Source: Psammoneis japonica (Eukaryota). Taken from it: DNA of 64,000 nucleotides. The notes beneath the pieces are model-generated. The model was not told the DNA's origin and made no database searches. It saw only the letters and a program-made list of their open reading frames with translations. Shown here piece by piece: positions 12,901 through 24,069 of the stretch. Numbering within the stretch: position 1 is the stretch's first letter; each line of letters starts with the position of its first letter. Location of the stretch: contig QPGO01000066.1 in NCBI GenBank assembly GCA_008632985.1, forward strand, positions 265,771 to 329,770, given 5' to 3'. The position numbers and the translations under genes were made by a program.

Positions 12901-13146
12901 GCAGCCTTGAACGAACCTGAATGCCGGTGGCATTCTTTGCAACTCGTCGCCGCCTGTCAAGGCCGCAGCAGCAGTTGCAACTTTTTGACCCTCCACTCCC
13001 ACCCAGTGCCACCTCATCGGACGCGGTCTCTGTTGCTGGTGAGCCAAAAGAGGGCAAGAAACCCCAGCAAAGTGCTGACACCACCAACTGCTGCCTCCCA
13101 ACTACAGTGGGACGCACCCCCCAGCAGCGTTGGTGGCGAACAGCCA
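9913..13146 (+). mobile_element. Ngaro-type (DIRS order) tyrosine-recombinase retrotransposon, internally deleted
   Basis: Split direct repeats A1 9913-10048, B1 12722-12852, A2 12853-12988, B2 13016-13146. YR C-terminal motif LGFLPKDVTARSLRAGGAVALLCTKVDTDIIRLVG lies at about 12490-12595. A frameshifted gag-like ORF1 remnant lies at about 10740-12360. No RT/RNaseH was recognised. Confidence 0.85.
10129..10684 (+). mobile_element. GAC-terminal MITE (556-bp subfamily) inserted in the Ngaro element
   Basis: GACGTGTTCCAG...CTGGAACACGTC with TSD GGCT (10125-10128, 10685-10688). An inverted homolog is at 41264-41821 and a partial one at about 16330-16550. Confidence 0.9.
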
Positions 13147-13339
13147 CGGCAAGATGATGCAGTGTCGTCATTGACGGCCAGACCGAATTTGTGTTTTTGA
13201 ACCATTTTTTGAATTTCTCCTCATTGGAATTTGGAGCCTGCCCCAGAAGTGGCTGATGTCACCACTTTGCAGCAAAATTTTCAGGGATTCCATTGTGCAT
13301 GCTTTTTCCTCGGCTTGATTTGTCTGATTGTCTGTTTGC

Positions 13340-15005
13340 TGTTGCCACGGCAAAGCCAATGTTGTTCAAGGAGAGCACTGGAGAGGCAAAGTCACTGTTG
13401 TCAGTTGTTTCGGTTGGGCACCACCTCAGGATGGCACCAACACAGGCTGGTTGTTGGGCCCTCCTGTTGCACATCATTGTGCACTGTGCACCAGGAGTGT
13501 GGGTCAGCTTGTTGTCAGAGTTGCCAGGCAGAAGCGCAACAGCACTTAAAACACAGAATTTTGTTCTTTCTTGCCTGAGCACCAGTTTCAACAGTGCAAA
13601 TCATTGACCACTCGGTGGTCTGGTCAGGCAAAAGTTTCATTTGTCCCCTCCGTCCTGTCTGTCCTGTCTGTGTCCCCTGAAGACATGCAGACGGCCCTCT
13701 GAAGACTGCATGAGTGCAGCGTGATGTGACAATGCATGTGCACGCCGATCGATCAAGCACCAAGTCAGAGTTGTCCTTTTGCCACGTTTGAGGTGCAAAG
13801 TTTGGGACAACGTTCGTGGTGCAGTGACATGTGCACCTGGCAGTGGTTTGCCCCATCCCAGCCACCAACAATTCCAGACCTGCAGGTGCACTCCCCACAC
13901 ACCCAAACACGGACACAACAGCCAATCACACACATCACTGGGGTTCCAAATTCCCCTTTCCCTGCTCAAATTCCATGTGGCACGCAGCTGCACCATCTCA
14001 TTGTCCACCTGTCTGCTTCTTCCCGGGAATTGTGCAGCCAAGCAAACAGGGAGGCACCTTCCCTCCAGGCTCATCATTGTCATGAATTGGATGAGCTTCA
14101 TTTTCTTTTTTGGTGAGCACTTGCAACCAATTGACCTGCCTGTCATGTTGTTGAAACTTGTCTCTATTCTTCAGATCAGTGATGCACACTGTCATGAAAG
14201 CACAGCTGGCATGTTGGGCTTCTTTGCTGCTCTTTCCATTGCTTTTTGCCTTTTCTCTCTGTGGAATGATTTGGAGGATCATTTTGCACCTTAAAAAACT
14301 CTGGTTGCAGAGTTCTGCCATCGTCTTCATTCACAAACCAGCCAAAACAATGTGGCTTGTCTTCTCCTGCATTGCAAGAGTCTTCAGGACAAAACTTGCA
14401 TGGCGCTTGGACCAACTTGATGGCATGATGTGCTCCAATTGAACAACACCTGATTGGTCCATTGCATCATTGTAAAATTGTTTCTCTGTGAAACAGGCTT
14501 CCTGACAATCTTGTTCCTGCATGGAAGGCTTCTTCTTCTGAGGCCTGCTGAGTGAACCTCCCACATCCATCTTGCCCATCATTGTCTGCAGCAATGCAAT
14601 GTTTCTCTCCTCTCCATCTTTGGCCTGATCATGACACCTCTTTGCCACTGTCATGCATTGCAGCTTGTTCCAGGAAATGTTTGGCAAAGGACAAAGCCCA
14701 ACTTGTGGATTCTGTTGACAAGCACCTCAGTCATTCTGCCCATTGTCTTTGCAATTGGCTGGCCATGGTCAAGCCAATGTTCAAATCAAGCATCAAAGAA
14801 GCCAAATGCCTGGCTGTTTGTGGCACCAGATCCATCGCAAGCTGCTTCGGCTCGGCATCACCCATGGGTGATGCCAGCTCTGGCCAACTGTTGTTTGCTC
14901 CTGCTGCATGATTGGTGCGCTGGGGGTGTGGGTCAGCTTGTTGCTGGAGTTGCAGGGTGGAAGCACAGCAGCACTTAAAACACAGATTTTTGGTTTTGTC
15001 ATGCA
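13340..15005. repeat. Two decayed paralogous segments (about 13340-13575 and 14760-15005)
   Basis: Shared blocks AAGCCAATGTT and GTGTGGGTCAGCTTGTTG...CAGCACTTAAAACACAGA. Origin not recognised. Confidence 0.6.
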
Positions 15006-16329
15006 TTGCAGCTGCCTGGCACATTGTCAAACTTGACACTCATGTGAAGTTCTGGAACAACTTTGTGCCATTCTGCAACATGCAAAAAAAAGACCAAATC
15101 AAAAAGTTCTTCCTTCTCCACCTCTGCCAAAGAAGAAGACAAAGAGTGATCATGCTGAGCAGCCTGCATGAACCTCTTGTGGATGTTGAAAGCCATGGGG
15201 GTTTGCAACCACAAGTGCTGTCACCATGTGCTTCACACACATGAGGCGACCAATCTCTCAAGACAACATTCCACAGCAGCAAAGTGCCCAGAAGGCTGTT
15301 CATTTGACTCACTTCGGGCCCATGTGTGACTTCCCTTGACCAGCATTTGTTGTCACACTGGGCACAACACATGTCAAAAGTGAAACCATTCTTCTTGGTT
15401 TCACGCAGATCAACAAAGACATCAACATCCACAGAGTCATCGCGCTCCTCTAAATCACCATTGGAGTCAATCCGCTCAGATTCACAACACTTTTGACTGA
15501 GACATTTTTTGGTTCTCTTGGTGCCATCCATTCCAGAGACAAGACTGGGATCAACTCAATGATGTGCATCAAACTCATGTTCTTTTGAGTGAGATGCTTC
15601 CACCCTCCACCATCTCTTCTTCTTGACATTTTGGACAGGTGGGATTTCTCCATCCTTCTTTTTCTGTCCTTCTTGCCACAACAACAAATCTTTGCCAACA
15701 ACAAATTCAATGCAGTGATTTTGCTCAAACTGTGGATGATGGTTTGTGCCACATTGGCTGGCATTGAAAAAGCCAGATCCTGTGAACTCTCCCAAACAAA
15801 CTTCTAGATTTGAGCAAAGCACTTCATTGGCATGACTGGGGGAGAACAACTCAAGTTGTGAATGGGAAACATCAACAGGAAAGGATTGGCACATGTTGTC
15901 CTTTCCTGTTCAAAAGGTGTGATTGCCTGACAAAGCCTTGAGAGATTGCTTGAAAAGAGGGCCATTGTGAAGCACAGGAAATGGGGGAATCGCCATGCTT
16001 GGGTTGACACACAACTCAATGTCTTGAGCACAAAGGTGCTTCATTTGTCGTTCTGCATCAGATGCTTCCAACCCAAGTGTTCCAACACTTTTGAAAGGCC
16101 CAAATCAGCCTCTGCTCTGTCCACAACATCAGGCCTCACATTGCCTTTTTACAACAGGGAACCAAACCCCTTTGGCAGTGAAGCATTGTGCCCCACTTTT
16201 TGTGATGCACTGGCAGAACACCTGCAGGATGACATTTTGCAAGCAAGTGCTTTGTGTTGACGTGCAAACACATTCAAAGTGCGCAAATCTTCACCAACAC
16301 TTTTTGCAAAAATGGCCCACACTGTGATG

Positions 16330-16550
16330 TGGCGTGACTCATTTGTCACAATGAAAAACATTGATGGCACAAAAACAACAACATTGCAGTGCTGATGCAC
16401 AAGTCCAGTTGGCATTGCAAAACATCAATGTTTGGATGAATCTGTGCTTTTGGTGGCAAAAGCTCAGTTGCAACAAGTCAGAGACTGTGCAAAAATCATG
16501 CAAGTGCCATTTTTGTGTGCAGTTTGGTTCACACATGGCTGGAGCATGTC
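16330..16550 (+). mobile_element. Partial decayed copy of the 556-bp GAC-terminal MITE (right end)
   Basis: Aligns to about 10480-10684 and ends GGCTGGAGCATGTC. Confidence 0.7.
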
Positions 16551-17227
16551 AACAGCTGGTGCCCTGCCACATTTTCCATTGGCAAATCTCATCACAAGTT
16601 TCTGAAATGTAAAATCTCCTCCACAGGGGCTCTGAACTCTTTGCTGCCATTTTGCTCTGAACTGCCTCATTGTCTCCTCTTGTCTCAGACAACAATGCTG
16701 CAGCTTCGTTGCTTTCAAGTGGCTAAAGTTTTGCTCCACTGCCTTGCCAATTTGCAACAAGTGTGAGAGCTGTGACACGGCCCCTGCATGCATGACCATC
16801 AAAAGCCCCACGCCCATTTTTTGCCAAAAATTGACTTCTTCTGACAGCAGCCCCAGCGTTTGTTTGTGCTCACATTTGCACATGCAGTTTGCAGCAATGA
16901 CACAAATGTGCCACTGTTCATTCATCAGCAGCACACAGAAAATCCAAACCCCCCAAAATGCAGCCCATCACGGGGGACTTTTTCACCCTTGACATGTCCT
17001 GCCCCCGCACCCCACCACTGCATCATCTTGAGGGGTTGAGCCTCAACTCAAGGGTTTTGTGTTTGCGTTGTGCCATCTCATGGGTTCTCATGCGAGCTCT
17101 GCAGCTCATGCTCTGGTCAATGACACTTTTGTCTTCAACATGGGACAAACAACAAAGTTTGTGGTGCCCATGTCCCTGTTCCCACTCAAGGTTTTGGACT
17201 TTCTGCCTGCCCTGCACCACTCTTGGG

Positions 17228-17425
17228 ACATTTAAGAATGGCACAGAAGAAAAAAAATGTTGAAAGTTGTTGAATGGATCGCCCAACAATTGTGCCATAA
17301 AATGATGCAAAATGTCACCAAAGTCACGTGGAAATGTGTGTGTGCGACATGCAACATGATTCAAAAAACTGCAAATGTCACAGTTCAGCAGTGCAAGATC
17401 CCACCCAGACCTGGAACACCACGTC
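17228..17425 (+). mobile_element. Aged copy of the right half of the MITE at 535-924
   Basis: Aligns to about 725-924. Over 755-924, 5 of 6 TpA are replaced by TG/CA. Confidence 0.8.
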
Positions 17426-17797
17426 GTCAAGGGAAGTCACTTGTTGACTTGCTCCAATTCTGACACTGATCGACGTCACACCATGATGCAATCTCAGAAT
17501 GTGAGACCCTCTTCTTGTGAAAAGGATGATGTCATGAGATCACAATGTCAAAATTTCTCACCTGGCTGGTCTGCATCACATGCATGTCACATGCAAATTT
17601 TTTTGGGTGGTTGTGCTGTCGAGCACTGCATTCATGCGGACTGAGGCCAGGCCGTTCTCCGAAAAATCTGACGTTGCGCAACTCAACTCGCAACATGAAA
17701 ATGCAGTGACTCAAATGCCACACTGTTTCACTGTTCTTCATGCCACACTGTTTTGTTGCTGCTGCTGCCAATTTTCTTGCTGTCGGTTGCCGCAGCC

Positions 17798-18179
17798 GAC
17801 GGGTTCCAGTCCCAGGTGGGACTCCGTGTGACATTGGGCCCGCAGAATTCTGCGTGCGAGCTCCGCAGCAAATTTGTGCTGCAATGAAAATGTGAATGAT
17901 CACCAACAGAAAAAGAGGCAATTTTGCAAATGCATCTCCTCCTCCATGCTTGGAGTGCATCATTGACAGTTTGCCCGGGTGCATTCTTCAGACATTGAAG
18001 AATGTGCCAAGTGCATTTTCATTCTCACAAATGTTGAAAACAGAAAGCCCCTTTGGCTTTGCAAAACAGGGAGCATGAAACAATTTTGGAGAATGCAACA
18101 TGCAGAAATGTGCGTGCATGACACACAACACATGTCACAGTGCAGCAGCACGAGGTCCCACCCAGAGCTGGAGTGCGTC
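17798..18179 (+). mobile_element. GAC-terminal MITE (about 380-bp subfamily)
   Basis: GACGGGTTCCAG...CTGGAGTGCGTC with TSD AGCC (17794-17797, 18180-18183). Confidence 0.85.
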
Positions 18180-18820
18180 AGCCGTCCCTCACTCAACTCT
18201 CATTCTTCCATCATCTTTGGTTTCTTCCGGAGTCACCCCCCCCTGTCTGCAATTCCTGGTCACTGCAAGGAATGCAGCGCACCACCCCACAGCACCCGTT
18301 GCTTTTTGCGCTGCACATGTGACCCTCTCTGCGTGTGAATCATGCCTTTGATGCCTGCTTCTTTAAGACACCTGCACATGGCTGGTCCGCCCCACAGGCT
18401 TCTTTGGCCTCTGCTCCAATTGTCTCCCAGAGTAGATTCATTGTGTAAATCACGCCTTCGATGCCTGCTTCAAGACCTGCACGCAGCTGATCCGTCCCAC
18501 AGGCTTCTTTGGCCTCTAGGTCTACTGCAATTGTCTTGCGCTACATCATTTTGTCGTGTCTATATAGTCTAGGCGTACAGCACAGGCGTCTATTCAAATT
18601 TTGAGTTAGTTTCCGTTCGCCACCAGCCGAGCGAGAAATACATACGTACGCCGTACGTAGAGCGTTGAGTTTCGAACGCTTGGGAGTTCTTTTCCATACA
18701 CTCTATTCTGCACTCTCTGCACCGCCACGGCCCCATGGCGTTGATCCCTGTCATTCATTAGCAGCCCCTCTTCCATCACATCTATTATACTTCCAATCGA
18801 TTTTCCTGCCAACATCCCAT

Positions 18821-19723
18821 ATGTCCACCTCTGATCCTTCTTGTGATCATCTTATGCATGATCCTTCGCCAGCAGAGTTCGCTGCTGCTGCTGCGATGGC
18901 TGATGAGGAAGCAACGGATCGTTTAGCAGCACCAGCTGCTTCTGCGGCTGCTGCTGCCACTCCTACAGAAACACCCGCCGCCTCGTCGTCGTCTCCCAAT
19001 AAGCGCAAGAAGAAGAAATACAACAAGTATCCTCCAGTTACGTTTAACGACATGTTTTTCGAATTGATGGTATTCAGGTCTCAAACGGGTCATACGCGGG
19101 TTCCTTCTTCCCACACCCAACTCCATCGTTGGGTGACGCAAATTCGAAACCAGCGCAAGAATAATATCGTCTTGACCGAAAGACAACTGCAGGTTCTGAA
19201 TTCAATTGATTTCGTATGGGACGTGCCTCGACACGATCGACAAGAAAAGTGGAAGGAACACTACGAACAGTTGGTGGCCTATAACGCTCAACACGGACAC
19301 GTCAATGTGCCCCAGGCGACGCCGCTGGGCAAGTGGGTCAAGACACAACGCGAGAATTATCAACGACACCAAAAGGGATCGGTACGCAAAACAGGAAAAC
19401 CCTTTATTTCGCAAGAGCGTATTGAACTGCTGGAGCGTCTCAACTTTCAGTGGGCCATCAATCCACCCGTCGTCGGGTGGGAAGCACGCTTTGAGGCCTT
19501 GCAACAATACAGAGCCATTCACGGGAATGCCAATGTACCGCAGGGATACAAACCGGATGTTGCATTGGGGCGGTGGTGTATGAAGCAACGATCGCAGTAC
19601 AGCTTGCGTCGTCGTGGGTTGAAGAATCAGCTTACAGAGGATCGGATTATGCGGTTGGAGAATTTGGGATTCTTGTGGTCGGTCAACAAGAAGAACAAGG
19701 AAAACGAACAAACACAAGCGTAA
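18821..19723 (+). CDS. Helicase-associated (HA) domain repeat protein
   Basis: Three repeats of W/F..xxxL..Y...HGH.NVP...LG.WV..QR..Y...L...RI..LE.LGF.W after an Ala-rich low-complexity N-terminus. The ATG at 18821 is chosen as the likely start. Confidence 0.9.
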   Translation: MSTSDPSCDHLMHDPSPAEFAAAAAMADEEATDRLAAPAASAAAAATPTETPAASSSSPNKRKKKKYNKYPPVTFNDMFFELMVFRSQTGHTRVPSSHTQLHRWVTQIRNQRKNNIVLTERQLQVLNSIDFVWDVPRHDRQEKWKEHYEQLVAYNAQHGHVNVPQATPLGKWVKTQRENYQRHQKGSVRKTGKPFISQERIELLERLNFQWAINPPVVGWEARFEALQQYRAIHGNANVPQGYKPDVALGRWCMKQRSQYSLRRRGLKNQLTEDRIMRLENLGFLWSVNKKNKENEQTQA

Positions 19724-19982
19724 CTCATGATGGATGTTTCTACGGTAAGGGGTTCTAATTCATAGGCAATGCCGCAGTATTATTCAGTATTAGGGGTAGA
19801 GAGTAGGGGTTCTAATTGATTATAGAAGATAAGGCAGACATCGTTGGTTAGATCCATCCTTGCTTATCTAACGACGTTATCGACGTAAGAAATTGGTCGA
19901 ACAATGTGTATTGTGCAAAAGGCCGTCGTCTTTTTGTACCGACAAAAACCAAACTTGATCGTCGTCAATGTTTGCCACAATC

Positions 19983-21194
19983 TCACATCACAGATTGTAC
20001 CGGTCGCAAAAGCGATGATAGGTCCAAGTTTTGCGCACGTTGAGGCCGCTGACTATCATCCTCATCGTCATCATCCTGTGTTGAGTTAATTGGCTCGTCT
20101 TCATCGCTCAAACCATGTTCTGGGCAAGCAGGCATTACTTGCGCGCCGACGATGGAAGAGAAGCTGATGGCTGCCTTGACTGCCATGTTGAAAGGATCCG
20201 GCATGCTATTCTCTCTAGACGCTCTGGCACGGGCAACTTTGACTTTGTCCCACTCTAGATCGCTTTTCACCTTTGGAATTTGGATCGATGCTTCATTGCT
20301 TTCTAAGCCTTCCCTCTTGAGTTTCCACCATTTCTTCAAATCCGTCATCGGCACTGCATGAAAATCCAACTGTTCGGGTGTGAAAGACTCCCCAACAGAA
20401 TGATTTCGTACAGAACACGCTATCCCTTTGTAGAAAACCCGCAAGAGCTCGGTGGCCTTCTCAACGTCGTCTTGAGTGCATGTTGAAGGGGAGGCTTTGA
20501 GTATTTTTTCGCTACAGCTTTGTCCACTACCACCCCCAATGGTGATCGCCATGACGTCGTACTGGTCTGTTCCATTCCAATCCAATACATCGTCAATTTC
20601 ATAGATAGGAATTAAGACGAGTACAGGCTGGCGGTCATAGTAATCTCCTTGCCGCTCCAGATACAATTTGTTGAGTTTATGATGCTTCAATCCGGTTCCT
20701 GGTGAACGTTTTGAATTCCTAGTTTTCTTCACACCGTTCAACAGCTTTAGTCGTTCCTCGGGGGAATTAGCTTGTATCCCTGTGGCGGCTTGGGCAAGAT
20801 AGCCATAGGACTTGTGGTACACAGGTGCATTCGAAAAAAGATGAGCCTTTTCGGCTGTATCGTTCTGGAACATATCAAAGCGTGCTGGGCTTTGTTGGAC
20901 TGTGTTGGTCAAACTTGAACTTTCAGATTGACTCATGAGATACGACAAGCTTACCGACGTGATCTGGGCATATAAACCATTGCCCTGCACTTCCGTTCGG
21001 CAAATGGCACGGAAAAAGCTGTCGTCGTCAGTGATTGCCACTTGCTCCACTTCCCAAATTTCTTGCATTGAATTGAAAAAAAAACCGTTCGATCGGGCCA
21101 CAAATTCGGCTTGTGGCAGCTCCTCCAGAAAGTTGTTGCGAGCCTGTCTTCGTCGTTTAGTCTCTGCATTGTCCGTTGTCTGTAGAGCGTTCAT
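19983..21194 (-). CDS. Hypothetical 403-aa protein with HNH-like motifs
   Basis: Intact ORF with normal Tyr content. AEKAHL...NKLYL...YYD resembles the AHI...N.L.L...FD pattern of HNH_2/Crinkler-type nucleases (tentative). Confidence 0.7.
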   Translation of the reverse strand: MNALQTTDNAETKRRRQARNNFLEELPQAEFVARSNGFFFNSMQEIWEVEQVAITDDDSFFRAICRTEVQGNGLYAQITSVSLSYLMSQSESSSLTNTVQQSPARFDMFQNDTAEKAHLFSNAPVYHKSYGYLAQAATGIQANSPEERLKLLNGVKKTRNSKRSPGTGLKHHKLNKLYLERQGDYYDRQPVLVLIPIYEIDDVLDWNGTDQYDVMAITIGGGSGQSCSEKILKASPSTCTQDDVEKATELLRVFYKGIACSVRNHSVGESFTPEQLDFHAVPMTDLKKWWKLKREGLESNEASIQIPKVKSDLEWDKVKVARARASRENSMPDPFNMAVKAAISFSSIVGAQVMPACPEHGLSDEDEPINSTQDDDDEDDSQRPQRAQNLDLSSLLRPVQSVM

Positions 21195-21328
21195 GGTGCT
21201 TCACTGTCGCTCTGATTGTGTAATTGTGCTCCAACGAGAAGTGGTGGTCTGCTGTCTGTTGCGACGCTACCGTACTATAGAGAGTAGAAGATACTCACGA
21301 CTCCCTTCCGTACCGTATGTGATGTGTT

Positions 21329-22311
21329 TAGGCCCTGGCCCAATGCGCACTCCCACACCCCAAAATGCGCACCTTTTTTTGGCACTTTGCGCAGTACGTA
21401 CAATTCTACGTGTCCCTGGTACTGGACGACGGCAAGACACACGACAATCCAATTGACAAAGGAGGCATCAAAAAGCACAGAGTTCAACCGCCCTGCATTC
21501 ATCGCAAATTTCAAAGAGGAGCTGAAGGTGTACAAGGAGAAGACTGACAAAATAGAAGATGGCCATTGGACTGCTCTTGAAGGATCAGATGAGTGTGACA
21601 CCATGCTTGCATTGAAAAAGCAGGAAGAAGCTGGGAGGAGCGTGATCCAACGAACCTTGAAGGACACATGGACCGACCGGCTTGGAAAGAAGATGATGCA
21701 GAGGTTGCAAGGAGGGTTTAGGAATGGTGACATGTTCACCATGTGATGCATTTAGCCATGTCTGAAGCTGCACGTCTGGTGGTCCTCATGCAACTTTCCA
21801 GTGCTCCCGTCGAGCCAGTTTTTTCTCAGCTCAAGTGCATTGTTGAGACAGCTCAGCAAAACACGTTGCATGATGCCATTTTGTTGCATCTCTTTTCTCG
21901 TTTGCACAAGGGACATGATGTCAATCAAGACTGTCAGCGGCACTGCAAGAAAAGCCCAGAGTCGAGAGAGCTCTTTCTCTCAGCGCTCGAGTGCACTTGC
22001 ACGGTGCAATTTGCTTTGTTGTGACATCGTTTTTTCTCCTTGGCACAAGAAGGGATGTGATTTGGTGGCAACACAGTGTAGCAGCAACGTGATTAACATG
22101 ATGTAGCAGCAATGTGATGTGCCAGCAATGTGATGCAGTGGCAATGTAAAATGTGCGCAATCGAGAAGTGGCTTGACCGGTGATGAAGCACGGTTGCACT
22201 GAACCTGGCACTGCACCACGTGCATTCTACGCAGTGCGCACTCTGCGCAAATTGTGCATTCTGCTCACAGAAAATCCCCAGTTTGCGCAGTGCACATTGG
22301 GCCTGAGCCCA
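21329..22311 (+). mobile_element. Defective hAT transposon
   Basis: Imperfect 23-bp TIRs (TAGGCCCTGGCCCAATGCGCACT versus TGGGCTCAGGCCCAATGTGCACT, 19/23). Perfect 8-bp TSD GATGTGTT (21321-21328, 22312-22319). The remnant ARLVVLMQLSSAPVEPVFSQLK matches the hAT C-terminal dimerisation motif SSA..ER.FS. Confidence 0.92.
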
Positions 22312-22879
22312 GATGTGTTGCTGTCCCCACTCCCAGCACGAACCATGCTGTGGTTTGCCGCGCGAAATCACGAATGCGCGCGATTCCTGCCCCGGACCAT
22401 CAAGTGGTTTGCGGCAAGCCAAAAACGAACCGACAGACGATGGGCAAAAGTGTAAAAGACAATGAGACATCTACAATGACATTGCATCAGTCGACACAGC
22501 AACGTCTGTTTGACAATCTGTGTGCTTTGTTTTGGTGGTTTACTGTGCTCTTAAACGTCTCCGTACTTTCACTGTCTTGTTCATCGTGAGCATCATTTTT
22601 CTGATTCAATTTTGCATTCGACCCTCAGGCGCAAATTACACGCATGTTTCTAAGAGAGTCTGCTGGGTTTCTTCCTCAATTGAGGCAGCAAAATTGTCCT
22701 CAATTGAGGTGGGCAAAATGCGCCCGCAGACAGAAAACAACACACTGCTTTAGCAAACAACACGAGAGACAACAATGTTCTGTTGCGCAAAAACCAACCA
22801 GAGTGCTCGACTGAGAGTGCATCAGACACAAGAGGAAGCAGAGTCAGCAAGTGACAGAGGGCAGTCAACACATCAATTG

Positions 22880-23200
22880 CCTGCTCTCTTGACCATGAAA
22901 ATGTCTGCTCCTCTCACACTCCCAAACTCAGAAAAATGCCAAATCCTGTCCACTCGACACACCAACTGTGCTCTTCCAGCTCAGCGTCAGGCTGAGGGCT
23001 TCCCGATCCACTGTCCACTTCATGTCAGAACAGCCACCACTGTCACCAAGCTGTGCATGACATTCAAAGTTTGTTGGCGTGGCAATTCCCTTTCCCATTC
23101 TGACATGCGAGGCAGCAACAATTGCCAACAAAGATGACTTCATTGTTGGCATGGAAGAGAGGATGAGATGAGCGAGACTCCCATGCTTTTGTGGCATCAA
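22880..23200 (-). pseudogene. Decayed copy of the 5' end of the DOMON/monooxygenase gene (35636-35947)
   Basis: Colinear alignment by eye. All 6 TpA of the source segment are gone. Confidence 0.92.
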
Positions 23201-23888
23201 GAATTTTGTTGGCCACCTGTTGCGTTGCACAATGCTGCGGCAGAGTTGCACTCAGGGACCTTGCAACAGCCTTCTTGATGCTCTTGTTTTCTTTTGAATG
23301 TCCGTCAGTTGGCGAATTGCTGAGCAATTCAATGATGTTGCGGGGACAAATGATGAGCAATGTTTGTTGGAAGAAGCACAATGGACAGTGGACAATGCCG
23401 GTGCCAGTGGGCCTTTTGTGCACATGGAGTGGAGCAACACTGCACAGAGGTTCACACAAGAATTTGGTGAGCATGTTTGTCTGTGGAAGAAAATTCCTTG
23501 GATGTGAGAAAAACTGCAGGAAATGGGAGTCAGTCATTTCCCCCCACAGCGTTGCACTGTGAACGCTCTTTCTCTTGCATCTCCAGTTGCATCTTGTGGA
23601 GTTGAGCATCAGAAGTGCTGACATTGTGTCAGAAGAACTGCAGCCACTGGCAACAAAGAAGTGCAACAATGGCACATTTCCAAAGGGTGATCCACTGTGG
23701 CAGTGCCCCTCCCTCAAGCAGAGATTTGCCGCTCAACACAGAGGAGGAGATGCGGCAGAGGCCATTGGGCAATTGTGATGGAGCCTGAACAACTTTTGTT
23801 TTCCTGCATTGTGCAATGACTTGCAAAGCACCACCACTCATTGTGCCACACACAAGTGCAAACAAGCATTTTGTTGCTCCACCTTCCT

Positions 23889-24069
23889 GGGCAACCACAG
23901 CCGGCACCCTGGAGCTGGGTGCCAGTGGTTGCGCAGCTGCATGTCAGGTTGTGGGTGGGATCAAGCTGAGTGCAAAAATTTGGGTGACCACAGCTGGCAT
24001 GCTGGAGCTGGGTGTCAGTGGTTGCGTGGTTGCATGTCAGGTTGTCTGCGGGGCAAAGCTGAGTGCAAA
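23889..24069. repeat. 93-bp tandem duplication
   Basis: ACCACAGC..CTGGAGCTGGGTG..AAGCTGAGTGCAAA starts at 23894 and 23987. Confidence 0.8.

Larger units (their letters stand above)
1..18540. other. TpA-depleted (hypermutated) TE/pseudogene tract; similar tracts at about 21560-26790, 29640-33050, 36290-42490, 46112-46480 and 62500-64000
   Basis: No TA dinucleotide seen by eye between 5858 and 7681. ORFs here are almost Tyr-free and rich in Cys/His/Gln. TG/CA is strongly over-represented. Confidence 0.93.

Noticed and set aside
1..18540. Classical RIP or CpG methylation decay as the sole cause of the odd composition
   Set aside because: RIP would enrich TpA and CpG decay leaves TpA untouched. 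Several segments keep CG but lack TA.
1..18540. Alternative genetic code, or a viral/foreign insert with TA avoidance
   Set aside because: The tracts contain decayed copies of flanking host genes and many unrelated TEs, and depletion is frame-independent.
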